This document shows, piece after piece, positions 48,683 through 58,385 of a DNA stretch of 64,000 bases. This stretch comes from a virus (Duplodnaviria; Caudoviricetes): the IMG/VR virus record IMGVR_UViG_2639762784_000001, positions 1 through 64,000 of that record; one strand, written 5' to 3'. The translations under genes and the position numbers were made by a program. The first letter of the stretch is position 1. Every line of letters begins with the position of its first letter. Under the pieces are notes generated by a model. That model saw only the letters and a list, made by a program, of their open reading frames with translations. It searched no databases and was not told the origin of the DNA.

Positions 48683-49164
48683 CCAACGAACGGACTGCTT
48701 ACCCCATGCTCGCGCCCGCCTGCTGGTCATGGCCGCCCGAGCGTCCGACCAGCGACGACATTAGCCGTCGATTCTGGGAGGGCATCGACACCACGGGTTA
48801 TAGCGCGAGCATGATCAACCTGTTGGAGGAGACCGCAGCCGCCCGGCACACGGACGAAGAGACGTTGAGGACTTGGCAGTCCGGCCGCTGTGCCATCTGT
48901 GGAGCGACGGGCCGCTGTATGGTCTGCGACCACGACCACGAAACCGGGCTGGTGCGAGGGTGGCTGTGCGTTTCGTGCAACACGCGTGAGGGTGTCGCTA
49001 TCGGCCTTCCCGGAACTGTCATGGCTGCATATCGAGAGCGGCCGCCCACTGCCATCCTCGGATTGACGATCCGCTACCGGGATCCGTTCACCCGGCAGTG
49101 GGCCGTTCCCGAACCAGTCATCGAGGACGGCTGGGAGAACAGCCCCTCTGCCGACCTCACCTAG
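48679..49164 (+). CDS. Endonuclease VII-like (His-Me) domain protein
   Basis: CAICG..DHDHETGLVRGWLCVSCN. Confidence 0.8.
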   Translation: MTNERTAYPMLAPACWSWPPERPTSDDISRRFWEGIDTTGYSASMINLLEETAAARHTDEETLRTWQSGRCAICGATGRCMVCDHDHETGLVRGWLCVSCNTREGVAIGLPGTVMAAYRERPPTAILGLTIRYRDPFTRQWAVPEPVIEDGWENSPSADLT

Positions 49165-49478
49165 CCCGCCGCCAGTGCCTCCCGGAGGTAGTGGGGCAGG
49201 GCCTGCCGGGCGGCCGCCCCCACCTCCCCCGCGGGAAGTTCGTCGGGGGTGACGATGACCGGCTGCCCGCCGTCGGGGCGGGCCAGGGCCCGGAAGGTTT
49301 CCCCGCCGTGAGCGGATGTGCCGGCGAGGTAGGCAGTCAGGGCGGCTCGTGCGATGTCGGCGGGGTCGGCGGTGGTGGTGGCGCGCCCGTATCCTCGGCT
49401 GATCCACATACCGGTGACGATCTCGTACAGCTGGACTTCCCACGTGATCCGCGTGGGCTGGGTGTCTTCGCAGGTCAT
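49161..49478 (-). CDS. Hypothetical protein
   Basis: ORF with codon bias. Confidence 0.5.
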   Translation of the reverse strand: MTCEDTQPTRITWEVQLYEIVTGMWISRGYGRATTTADPADIARAALTAYLAGTSAHGGETFRALARPDGGQPVIVTPDELPAGEVGAAARQALPHYLREALAAG

Positions 49479-49529
49479 GCCGTACAGCCTGCCCGGCCGA
49501 TGGGAGCGGCGCGCCGCATACGTGCAATT

Positions 49530-49754
49530 TCACGTCCCGGGCTGGCTGCGCGCGTCTCCGCCTGGGCTGCGGAGGACCGCGCCGGCCTCGAGGAGGATGC
49601 CGCGGGTGAAGCCGTATGAGCGTCCGGTGCTCTCGGCCAGCGTCCTGATGGAGACGCCGCTCGCGTATGCCTTTTTCAGGTCGGAGGCGAGCTTGTCGCG
49701 CTCTGTGCCGGTGACCTTCCTGCCCTTGCCTACCATGACCGTCTCCTCTGCCAT
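49530..49754 (-). CDS. Small HTH protein (actinobacterial type)
   Basis: LKKAYASGVSIRTLAESTGRSYGFTRGILLEAG. Confidence 0.8.
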   Translation of the reverse strand: MAEETVMVGKGRKVTGTERDKLASDLKKAYASGVSIRTLAESTGRSYGFTRGILLEAGAVLRSPGGDARSQPGT

Positions 49755-49778
49755 GTCCCGAAGGGTGATCATCGCGCA

Positions 49779-50633
49779 TCAGCCGCCGTTGGGGGTGTCC
49801 CAGTATCCGGTGTGGGCGATGGTGTCCGCGGTGACGGGGGGCTGCCGGTCGGCGAGGAGGGGGTGGGTGGCGGCCATCTGTCCGACGAGTTTGTTGACCC
49901 AGCGGGACTGCAACGCTTGCCGGTTGTCGTTCAGCAGCAGCGCGTGTTCGCCCGGGTCGGCGGGTTCGGGGCGGACCTTCAGGTACTCCTTGACGGCGGC
50001 GCCGGTGAGCGGCTCGAGGACGAACTGTTTGCCGACCGCTTCGTGGTCGTCGGGGGCGCGGATCTCCCAGGTGCCGTCGGGCTGGGGGTAGAGGTGGCGT
50101 TTGTCGACGCGGACGACGTGGGCGGGGCGCAGGCCCTCGAGGAGGAGCCAGACGGCGAGCCGGTCGCGTTGGTAGTGCCGGGAGTAGTGAGGGCCCCAGC
50201 CGCCGATGACGGCGAACAGAGTGGCACGTTCCATGCGGGCCAGGCGGTTTTTGGCGCCGGCGGGCCGGGTGACGCCGGAGCGTAGGGCGACCAGGTCGGG
50301 GGGGATGGTGATGATGCGGCGGCCGTGGGCGGCCTCGTAGAACTGGGTGAGGGCGCTGATGCGGCGGTCGTGGGAGCGGGCTGCTTCGGGGTGGTGGTCG
50401 GCGAGCTGGGCGAGGGCGTCGGGTCCGTTGAAGGGCCGGCCGTCGAGGTAGGGCGCGAGGAAGCAGTCGTGGGCCCAGGCGGCGATGTCTTGAGGGCGGG
50501 CGGTGTAGGCGTCAACTTGCCGGGTGCGGCACCAGGTGAGGAAGGAGCCGATCTCGCGCGCGTATTCGGCGCGGGTGGAGGGGCGCAGGGCGGATCCCGC
50601 GAGCCAGTCGTGCAGGAAGTCGTCGGCGTCCAT
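49779..50633 (-). CDS. Tyrosine-recombinase-like protein lacking the C-terminal catalytic residues
   Basis: STRAEYAREI..FLTW; SALTQFY; RDRLAV..GLR; HxxR box replaced by ADTIAH; protein ends shortly after. Confidence 0.7.
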   Translation of the reverse strand: MDADDFLHDWLAGSALRPSTRAEYAREIGSFLTWCRTRQVDAYTARPQDIAAWAHDCFLAPYLDGRPFNGPDALAQLADHHPEAARSHDRRISALTQFYEAAHGRRIITIPPDLVALRSGVTRPAGAKNRLARMERATLFAVIGGWGPHYSRHYQRDRLAVWLLLEGLRPAHVVRVDKRHLYPQPDGTWEIRAPDDHEAVGKQFVLEPLTGAAVKEYLKVRPEPADPGEHALLLNDNRQALQSRWVNKLVGQMAATHPLLADRQPPVTADTIAHTGYWDTPNGG

Positions 50634-50660
50634 GGCCTTATCCTGCCCGCCCGATGATCG

Positions 50661-50779
50661 GGTTACAAAACTTCCGGGCTACCTCATCCCCAGTGGCGGG
50701 GTGGTGGCGGTGTGCGTGAGGGTGCGGGGTGGGGTCGCGCGTGCAGGCTGGAGGGTGGTGGGGTGGAAGTTTTGTAACC
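50661..50779. repeat. 15-bp perfect inverted repeat GGTTACAAAACTTCC, 89-bp spacer
   Basis: Copies at 50661-50675 and 50765-50779. Confidence 0.85.
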
Positions 50780-51299
50780 TTGCCGATCATGGGGAGCGGG
50801 CGCGGGCCCCATGCCGGAGGCCACACGGGCACCGTATGCCGGAACCGGGGAAGGTGTTCCCCCTGCCCGCGGCGGGTCAGTGCCCTGTGGCAGGGTGATC
50901 GCCATGCCCTCCGCAGACCTTCCCGAGCTTCCCGATCCGTTCCCTGAGCACGCGTGGGATGCCGTCCAGCGCACGCTTTGACGGCCCGGCACTCCCGAAG
51001 CTGCGGTGAAGTGACAAGTAACTGAGAGTGACGCTTTGGGGGCTGCTCCCTCTGGTGGGGTTCCCCCCCAATAGCTTGCAGCCGGAAGACCTGGCAGAAG
51101 GGGCGGAACGGTGGCGAAGCGGTGGGACAAGTACGTGCGGGACCCGGAACAGGATGGCGAGGGAGAAGACGGCGGGGAGTAGGTCTTCGCGCAAGATCTG
51201 GACCCGTGGCGACTTCCTGAGCTACGCTGCGCGTGCGCGATCATCATACGCAAAGGCCACAACCCCGATGCGGGGAAGTGGCCTTCGGCATGTCCGGGG

Positions 51300-51572
51300 T
51301 CAGGCGGTGGTCGGCCGGTGCTTCTCCACGGCGTCGCGGATCCAGGGCTGCACCATGTCGTACCGGTCCAGGCGGGTGCCGATCTCTTCGGTCTCACCGG
51401 TTTCCTCGCTGATGCCGATCACGGTGAGCTTGGTGAGCTGCTCGTCTTCGTAGGTCAGCCGGAGGCCGGTGACGTCGTGGTATTCGTAGTCCGCCTTCAG
51501 GGGAGGAGCGTCGGTGACGGCGAGTTCGATGACTCGGGTGGTCTTCTGGCTGATCATGCTGGTGGTCGGCAC
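51300..51572 (-). CDS. Hypothetical protein
   Basis: GAAGGA RBS; codon bias. Confidence 0.6.
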   Translation of the reverse strand: MPTTSMISQKTTRVIELAVTDAPPLKADYEYHDVTGLRLTYEDEQLTKLTVIGISEETGETEEIGTRLDRYDMVQPWIRDAVEKHRPTTA

Positions 51573-51589
51573 AGTCTTCTTTCCTTCGG

Positions 51590-52039
51590 TCAGGCGGCAA
51601 GGCCGGTCTGGGACTGAGTCAGCTTCACGCGGGGACGGTAGTCGGCGTCGTCGGGGTCGCGGGCCAGCTCGTAGTAGAAGAGGGCCTGGGCGTCGTCGGC
51701 CGGCTGGGGCTCGGGGCGCTCGTAGGTGGTGTTGGCGGGCGGGGTGAGGGTGTAGCCCATCCGGTGGACCGTGTAGGAGAGGACGCCCGCGAGGTGGAAT
51801 TCGCGGCGCTCCCGGCGGAGGCGGCACATGGCGATGATGACGATGCCGCCGCCGCGAACCTGACCGGTCTTGGTGATGCGGACGCTGGTGGTGCGCAGCT
51901 CCATGATCTCGATGGTGCGCACGGTGGGCTCGGTCTCGCCGGGCTTGAGGTAGGTGATCGTGACGGCTTGGCGGCGGTCGAGGCTGCGGTAGAGGTCGGC
52001 GAGGGTCTTGGTCTGGGTCTGGCGGGCGGTGATGCGCAT
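51590..52039 (-). CDS. Stand-alone WYL-domain protein
   Basis: AVTITYLK..RTIE..AMCRLRRERREFHLAGV. Confidence 0.75.
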   Translation of the reverse strand: MRITARQTQTKTLADLYRSLDRRQAVTITYLKPGETEPTVRTIEIMELRTTSVRITKTGQVRGGGIVIIAMCRLRRERREFHLAGVLSYTVHRMGYTLTPPANTTYERPEPQPADDAQALFYYELARDPDDADYRPRVKLTQSQTGLAA

Positions 52040-52071
52040 TGCGGTGTCCCCTCGCTGTGTGGTGATGACAC

Positions 52072-52173
52072 CACATTACCCATACTCCATTGCGCAAGCA
52101 AGGGGTTTGCGCGTACTGTGGTCCCCACCCCCCCCCCGCACGCCACAGCCATGGCGGGCGCAATGAGATATGG
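52072..52173. promoter_or_regulatory. Divergent promoter region with two operator-like boxes
   Basis: Minus TTGCTT-N17-TAATGT; plus TTGCGC-N18-TACTGT; boxes at 52078-52095 (-) and 52158-52173 (+). Confidence 0.6.
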
Positions 52174-52183
52174 AGGACACTAG

Positions 52184-52789
52184 GTGGCTAACGCCCCCAC
52201 GCACCCGCCGAACCGGTCCAGGAACGGCGGGAGCCCGCCGAAAGGACCGCGCATGCCGCGCAGCCGACGCCTCGCCCCCGAGGTTGTCCGTGCCCGTCTG
52301 ACCGTCGCCTCGGATCGTCTCCGCCAGTCCGGGGACGAGGATTTGGCTGAGGCGATCGATGCGGTGACTGCCCCTCGCGGGTGGGAGCTGCTGAAGAAGC
52401 CGGTCAAGGAGACCGCCGCCGACCCGAACATGGCGTTGTGGATGAACAAGACCATCAAGGACGCCATCCTGGCCGCCTCCCGGGTGGCCGGCGACAGCCT
52501 TCCGGATGTGGTTGACCAGGGGTTCCGGGCGTTTATTGCCGGGGATTTCGTGCCGGCGAAGCCGTTGCGGTCGGCCCGCGGGTCGGCGACGCCGAAGGAC
52601 AACTTGAACGTGCGTCCGTCGAAGACTCTGCGGGACCAGGTGGAAGCCCTGTGCCCGGCGAAGTCGACCGAGTTGGGCTGGCAGGTGACGCCGGGGCTGG
52701 TGGCTGCGGCGTGGCTGTATGAGGAGTACGGCATCACGGATGACGACCAGCGTGGTGTGACGGCTCCGGCCATGCCCGACCAGGAGTAG
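52184..52789 (+). CDS. Putative DNA-binding regulator (two RHH-like segments)
   Basis: NMALWMNKTIKDAI and NLNVRPSKTLRDQV strand-helix patterns; start may instead be 52253. Confidence 0.55.
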   Translation: MANAPTHPPNRSRNGGSPPKGPRMPRSRRLAPEVVRARLTVASDRLRQSGDEDLAEAIDAVTAPRGWELLKKPVKETAADPNMALWMNKTIKDAILAASRVAGDSLPDVVDQGFRAFIAGDFVPAKPLRSARGSATPKDNLNVRPSKTLRDQVEALCPAKSTELGWQVTPGLVAAAWLYEEYGITDDDQRGVTAPAMPDQE

Positions 52790-52874
52790 CCCTATCTGGG
52801 GGTGAGGCCGGGTCTGGACGCCGACAACCGGCCGGCCTCGCCCCTATCTCGTACAACCTCTATAGGAGACCTCA

Positions 52875-53840
52875 ATGGCTCAGGCCATCCAGGCCGCCGC
52901 GAACGCGGGCGGTCCGACTTCTCACACCCGTTTTCAGTTCGCTCCGGCCACCAAGGAGCAGTCCAAGGCCCGCGTCGCCCTGGACGGGCCCAGCGGTTCG
53001 GGCAAGACCTACTCGGCGCTGACGATCGCCACGGCGCTCGGCTCTCGCATCGCTGTCATCGACACGGAGCGCGGTTCGGCCCGCAAGTACGCCAACGAGT
53101 TCGCCTTCGACGTCCTGGAGCTTGCGTACTTCTCCCCGGACGACCTGGTGGAGGCCCTGGCGGCTGCCGGGTCGGCCGGGTACGACGTCGTCATCGTCGA
53201 TTCCCTGTCGCACTTCTGGTCCGGTTCCGGCGGCATGCTGGAGCAGGTCGACCACGCCGCGAAGAAGGGCTTCGGCGGGAACAGCTTCGGCGGGTGGAAG
53301 GAAGCCCGGCCGATGGAGCGTCGCATGGTCGATGCGCTGGTCTCGTACCCGGGGCACGTCATCGTGACGATGCGTGCGAAGACGGACTACGTACTGGAGA
53401 CCAATGACCGTGGCCGGCAGGTGCCGCGGAAGGTTGGCATGAAGCCGGAGCAGCGTGAAGGGCTGGAGTACGAGTTCGACATCGTCGGCTCGATGGACTG
53501 GGAGAACACTCTCGTGGTCACCAAGTCCCGGGCACGGACGTTGACGGGTGCGGTGGTGCGGCAGCCGGGTATCGAGTTCGGTCAGCAGATCAAGGCGTGG
53601 CTGGAGGACGGTACGGCGGTGCAGCCGGTGCAGGACCTGATCACGGAGGCGAACCGGGAGAACGCCACGTTCGAGGACCTGGGTGCACTGATGCGGAAGG
53701 TTCGGGCGCGCCGGCTGGAGGGTGCGCCGATGCTGACGCCGGAGGGTTCTGCGACGACGCTGGGTGCCCATATCCAGGAGCGCGGCAAGCAGATGCGGAA
53801 GGCCGCGCAGGGCGGCGACACGGAGAGGGGAGCCGCCTGA
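52875..53840 (+). CDS. AAA_24 / Sak4-like ATPase
   Basis: GPSGSGKT, IDTERGS, IVDSLSH.W, TMRAK, EYEFD. Confidence 0.85.
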   Translation: MAQAIQAAANAGGPTSHTRFQFAPATKEQSKARVALDGPSGSGKTYSALTIATALGSRIAVIDTERGSARKYANEFAFDVLELAYFSPDDLVEALAAAGSAGYDVVIVDSLSHFWSGSGGMLEQVDHAAKKGFGGNSFGGWKEARPMERRMVDALVSYPGHVIVTMRAKTDYVLETNDRGRQVPRKVGMKPEQREGLEYEFDIVGSMDWENTLVVTKSRARTLTGAVVRQPGIEFGQQIKAWLEDGTAVQPVQDLITEANRENATFEDLGALMRKVRARRLEGAPMLTPEGSATTLGAHIQERGKQMRKAAQGGDTERGAA

Positions 53841-55546
53841 TGGGGTACCGCAACGACAACGACGCGTTGTCTGTTATGGATTGGTTCTGCGGGGCAGGAG
53901 GGTCCTCCCAGGGCGTTCACTCCGTGCCCGGCGTCCGCGTGGAGCGGGCCGCGAACCATTGGAAGCTCGCCATTGAGTCGCACGCCGCGAACTTCCCCAC
54001 CACCAGCCACTACCAGGGCGACATCCGTAAGGCCCCGGTGTGGGACTGGCCGGTGACCGATATCTTCTGGGCCAGCCCAGAATGTACTAACTGGAGCGTC
54101 GCCAAGGGTAAGAAGCGGGACTTCGCCGACGCCATGCAGGGCAGCCTCCTCGATCTCCTCGCCTCGACCGACGAGGACGACGAGCCGTCTGCCGAGGAGG
54201 AGTCCCGGGCGCTGATGGAGGAGGTGCCGCTGTACCTACGCGGTGTGCAGGAGCGGGGCGGCTTGGTGAAGGCCGGCATCGTCGAGAACGTCACCGACGT
54301 CCGCGCCTGGGACCAGTGGGACCGGTGGATCGGGGAGATCCACAAGCTGGGCTACCGCACGCGGATCATCGCCCTGAACTCGATGCATGCGAACCCTCGG
54401 TCGGTGCACGCGGCGCCGCAGTCCCGGGACCGGCTGTACGTCGGCTACTGGCACGAGAGCCTGGGCCGCACGCCGGACTGGGACAAGTGGCTGAGGCCGC
54501 GCGCCTGGTGCTCCGGCTGCGACGCGTTCGTGCAGGCGATGCAGGTGTTCAAGGACCCGAAGCGGGACATGGGCCGCTACCGCAGCCAGTACGTGTACCG
54601 GTGTCCGAACACCCGCTGCCGCAACCAGGTCGTTGAGCCGGAGGCCCTGCCCGCCGCCGCGGCGATCGACTGGTCGATTCCCGGGCAGCGGATCGGTGAC
54701 CGGGCCAAGCCGCTCGCCGACAAGACCCTCGCGCGCATCGAGGCCGGACTGAAGAAGTTCGCTCGCCCCGTGCCGATGATGGTCCCGGCCGGCGGCACCT
54801 GGCGGGACGCCGCGGTCTCCGTCGGCGAGCCGATGCCCGCGCGTACCACCCGCGAGAACGACGCGCTGATGGTGCCGCCGCTGATGGTCCCCGTCGAGGG
54901 CCGCGTGGGTAAGAGTGCGGCGTCCGCGCACGGCCCACTGCGGGCGATGACGACCCGCAACGAAACCGGGCTGGCTTGGCTGCCGTTCATTGCCGAGTTG
55001 CGGGGCGGCGGCTCCGTTGCCCGGACCGTGGCGGAGTCCCTCGCCACTGTGACCGCGTCCGGGAACCACCACGGGCTGGTCACGCCGCCGATGCCCGCCA
55101 TGGTGATGCGGAACAACGGCTCCAAGGGCGACGGCGGCGAGCACTGCACCTCGCCGGTCGAGCCGTTCCGGACGATGACGACGGCCGGACACCAGTCGCT
55201 GCTCACGTGGGAGCACATGCTCGTCCCGTACTACGGCAATGGTGCCCCGCGGTCGGTGAATGAGCCGATCGGTGCGCTGACAACCCGGGACCGGTACGCC
55301 CTGGTGCGCGGTGAGGTCGACATCGACGACGTGATGTTCCGGATGCTCGAGCCGCACGAGATCGGCCGCGCGATGAGCTTCGCCGACGAGTACGTGGTCC
55401 TCGGGAACAAGCGGGAGAAGGTCCGCCAGTACGGCAATGCCGTTACCCCGAACGCTGCCGAGGTTCTGGTGTGCGCGCTGGTGGAGGCCGTCACCGGCGA
55501 GGACATCGACCGGTACGCAGAGCCGGAGTTCGCGGCCGCCGCCTGA
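53840..55546 (+). CDS. DNA (cytosine-5)-methyltransferase
   Basis: DWFCGAGG, WASPECT, ENV, QSRDR, QYGNAV. Confidence 0.9.
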   Translation: MGYRNDNDALSVMDWFCGAGGSSQGVHSVPGVRVERAANHWKLAIESHAANFPTTSHYQGDIRKAPVWDWPVTDIFWASPECTNWSVAKGKKRDFADAMQGSLLDLLASTDEDDEPSAEEESRALMEEVPLYLRGVQERGGLVKAGIVENVTDVRAWDQWDRWIGEIHKLGYRTRIIALNSMHANPRSVHAAPQSRDRLYVGYWHESLGRTPDWDKWLRPRAWCSGCDAFVQAMQVFKDPKRDMGRYRSQYVYRCPNTRCRNQVVEPEALPAAAAIDWSIPGQRIGDRAKPLADKTLARIEAGLKKFARPVPMMVPAGGTWRDAAVSVGEPMPARTTRENDALMVPPLMVPVEGRVGKSAASAHGPLRAMTTRNETGLAWLPFIAELRGGGSVARTVAESLATVTASGNHHGLVTPPMPAMVMRNNGSKGDGGEHCTSPVEPFRTMTTAGHQSLLTWEHMLVPYYGNGAPRSVNEPIGALTTRDRYALVRGEVDIDDVMFRMLEPHEIGRAMSFADEYVVLGNKREKVRQYGNAVTPNAAEVLVCALVEAVTGEDIDRYAEPEFAAAA

Positions 55547-55654
55547 TTCATCTGCGCCATCTGCGGCCCGCCTTCGTGCGGGCCGCTCCTTTCAGCCCAC
55601 CCCGCGGGGCTACCCACCACACCCATACCGGCCTACGCCGATCGGAGTTCCGTC

Positions 55655-55891
55655 ATGTCTTCATCCGCCTTCTGGTTGCTCGCGCTCCTGGTCGTCTCTG
55701 TGCTCGGTACGCGTCTGGCTCTCCGGGGAGAGCGGCGGCGTCCGTCGTCGTATTCGCGCCGGCCGGATGTGCTGGCCCGGTGGCGGGCCCAGTCGACCGA
55801 GGCGCAGGCCGCGCACGACAACGCGGTCCTGGACGCGGCGGAGGCTGCGGAGAACGTGGTCGCGCGGGTGCATTCGCTGTACCGGCCCTGA
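55655..55891 (+). CDS. Small membrane-anchored protein
   Basis: N-terminal TM; GGAG RBS. Confidence 0.5.
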   Translation: MSSSAFWLLALLVVSVLGTRLALRGERRRPSSYSRRPDVLARWRAQSTEAQAAHDNAVLDAAEAAENVVARVHSLYRP

Positions 55892-55944
55892 CCCGGGCCG
55901 GCCTGTCCAACCCGTCTGGCACACCATCAAGGGAGGTGAGCGCA

Positions 55945-56214
55945 GTGCCAGCATCTCGCATACCTGTTGTGGCCGCGTTCGCCGCCCTGGCCGGGGCGGC
56001 GTGCGGGGCCCGGCACTTCTACCAACTGCGGCGTGCTCTGGATGCGGAGCGCGCCGCGCGTCGTCTCACGGACGGTCTGCACCAGCAGGACCTCGAGGCG
56101 TTCACGATGCGGCTGCATCGCAGCGTGCAGGCGCAGCACGCCTTGCGTCAGGCCGACCTGGTTCTGGATTCGGCTCTTGCTACTCATCACGACCCGGAAG
56201 GGGGTTCCTCGTGA
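55945..56214 (+). CDS. Small membrane-anchored protein
   Basis: GGAGG RBS; TM plus coil. Confidence 0.5.
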   Translation: MPASRIPVVAAFAALAGAACGARHFYQLRRALDAERAARRLTDGLHQQDLEAFTMRLHRSVQAQHALRQADLVLDSALATHHDPEGGSS

Positions 56215-57038
56215 CCCAGCCTGTTCGTCTGGATTCAGCTACTGCTCTCCGAGCGCTTGCGGACCATCCGCGCTACCGGTATCGGGGCTGCGCCCCCGAC
56301 GTCGACAACCCGCGGATGGCGGCAGGTGACATCTCGGTGCCGGTGGATTCGTGGCAGGCCCCGGACCTGGATGGTGGGGAAGGCCTCGAGGCGCGGCAGG
56401 CGCGGGAGGCGGCCGCGGTGGAAGTGTGCGTGGGCTGTCCGGTGATGGTGCAGTGCCTGGCTTACGGGTCGTCGCTGACGCCGAAGGGGGAGTTGGCGGA
56501 GGAGCACGCGATCCTGGGTGGTCTGACCTCGTTGGAGCGGCACCGGGCGTTCGTGGAGTACAAGCGGGTACGGGAGACGGTGGCCCGGCCGGAGCCGGCT
56601 CCGGTGTCCCAGCTCCGCACCCGGCAGAAGCTTGCCGTCCTCAAGGCGCTGGCCCGGTTCGAGGAGCCCGAGGACGTTGCCACGGCGGCCGGGATGGACC
56701 TGCGGACGGCGAAGTGGCAGATCGCCCGCCTGACCACCCAGTTGGGTCTGGACAAGTCCGCGGGCCGTGCCGAGCTGCTGGCGGCCGCGGTGGAGCGGGG
56801 TCTCCTCGAGCCGGCGGACCTGCCCGACGTCCAGCCCGCCCCGGTCCCGGCTGCTGTCCCTGCTGCGGGTTGTGCCCGTGCGGTCCAGTCCCGTCGCCGC
56901 GGTCGCCGGGTGACGGTGGCGCCCGGCCAGCTCGCCTTCTTCGACTTCCCGGACGCTCCTGTCCCTGCCGCTCGGTCTTCCCGGGCGGCGTCTGTCACCA
57001 CCCTGTTCCCGAACGCGCCTTTGGAGGCCGCAGCATGA
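56211..57038 (+). CDS. WhiB-family protein with extra LuxR-like HTH
   Basis: C..CVGCPVMVQC..ILGGLT; then LRTRQKLAVL..VATAAGMDLRTAKWQI..RAELLAAAVERGLL. Confidence 0.75.
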   Translation: MTQPVRLDSATALRALADHPRYRYRGCAPDVDNPRMAAGDISVPVDSWQAPDLDGGEGLEARQAREAAAVEVCVGCPVMVQCLAYGSSLTPKGELAEEHAILGGLTSLERHRAFVEYKRVRETVARPEPAPVSQLRTRQKLAVLKALARFEEPEDVATAAGMDLRTAKWQIARLTTQLGLDKSAGRAELLAAAVERGLLEPADLPDVQPAPVPAAVPAAGCARAVQSRRRGRRVTVAPGQLAFFDFPDAPVPAARSSRAASVTTLFPNAPLEAAA

Positions 57039-57475
57039 CCACTCACCCCACCACCACTCCCGCCTCCTCCGACGACGCGCAGGGCGGCGTTCTCGAGGAC
57101 GCGGCGTTCGAGACGATGCGGACGGACGCTGTGCTGACGGGTCGGGCGATGTCGTCGGGCGAGTTCCTGGCGGGGCTGATCGCGAACGGTGAGCTGGCGA
57201 CGGTGGGCCGGCCGGAGAAGCTGGCCGTCGACCTGTGGCCGGATGTGGATCCGGTGGTGGTGCAGCAGATCTGGGATCGGGCGTTGGCGGTGGGTCTGCA
57301 TGCGGGTCGCCGGTCGGTGAGGCCGCGGTTGTACCGGGATGAGATGGATCGGGTGGCGGGCCAGTTGTCGGAGGCCGGGTTTCACGCGATGGCGGGGACG
57401 ACCGCGCGGTCGCGGCGTCTGGTGGCGCCGGAGGTGCCGCATCCGGCGGACGGGGAGGGTGCGGGCGGGCACTGA
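57035..57475 (+). CDS. Hypothetical protein
   Basis: ATGA-coupled. Confidence 0.6.
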   Translation: MTTHPTTTPASSDDAQGGVLEDAAFETMRTDAVLTGRAMSSGEFLAGLIANGELATVGRPEKLAVDLWPDVDPVVVQQIWDRALAVGLHAGRRSVRPRLYRDEMDRVAGQLSEAGFHAMAGTTARSRRLVAPEVPHPADGEGAGGH

Positions 57476-57827
57476 CTGCCTGTCGGGGTGTGACCAGTAG
57501 TACCAACGACACGAGGGGAAGGAAGGTGGGACAGGTGGTGGGGTCAAACGGTAGGCTGGTGCCTGCGCCAGACGTCCAGTCAGTTGCGAGGCCGGACGGA
57601 AAGCGTGCAGGAATGTCAGAAGCCCCCGCTGCCACGTTGGTGGCGGTCCCGGTTTGCGAAGCCGGAACGCGAGGGCTGTCGACACTCACCGCGCTAACGA
57701 ATGAAGGTGCCGACGTGGCAAAGAGTACCCGGACATCCGGACGATCAGACAGTGCAACCTCAGCCACCGCCGTGAAGATCACACCGGCGATGCATGCGGG
57801 TCCTGTCACCACTACCCCCTCAGTCGC

Positions 57828-58385
57828 ATGACCGCCCGGGGCGAGATGTCCGACGAGGACATCCGTCTGGCTCAGATCCGCGCCGTCCGCGAACTCATCG
57901 CCGGACGCGCCGACGACGCCACTGTCTGCGTCGCCGAACTCCATCAGGCACTGGATAACCCGATCGGCGAGTTCATGGTCGACATGGCGGCGCCCGGCCC
58001 GAGGGACCTCCTCGCCTGGCTGGACCGCGCCATCAGCAAGGCGGAAGCAGACGCCGACCGTTGGCACGACGTTGAGTGCGAGTCGCACGGGACCGGCTTG
58101 ATTGACGCAATCGTCCTGCGAGACGCAACGCTCTGCGACTGTGCTGGCCCGGCCGCTGTACGGCGCCGCTGCGCCGCCGACCGGAAGCTGCTGGAACTCC
58201 ACAAGGCCGTTCCCGACCATGGCCGGTACAGCGAAGCCCAGTGCCCGGCCGACTGCGACGGCGAGCACAGTGCACCCCCGGTGTGCGCTTCCTGCCGAAC
58301 CTACGCAGGTGATCCCGTGGCGTTCCCCTGCCCCACGGTCCGTGTGGTGGCGGAGGGCTACGGCTGGACGGAGGGCGAGCGATGA
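57828..58385 (+). CDS. Cys-rich hypothetical phage protein
   Basis: RRCAADRKLL..C..C..FPCPTVR. Confidence 0.55.
   Translation: MTARGEMSDEDIRLAQIRAVRELIAGRADDATVCVAELHQALDNPIGEFMVDMAAPGPRDLLAWLDRAISKAEADADRWHDVECESHGTGLIDAIVLRDATLCDCAGPAAVRRRCAADRKLLELHKAVPDHGRYSEAQCPADCDGEHSAPPVCASCRTYAGDPVAFPCPTVRVVAEGYGWTEGER

Noticed and set aside
3716-55546. Two methyltransferases plus the EndoVII-like nuclease as a restriction-modification system
   Set aside because: The genes are unlinked; orphan MTases and His-Me nucleases are common in phages
57490-57831. 113-aa ORF
   Set aside because: Weak codon bias and no recognisable motif; not called as a gene
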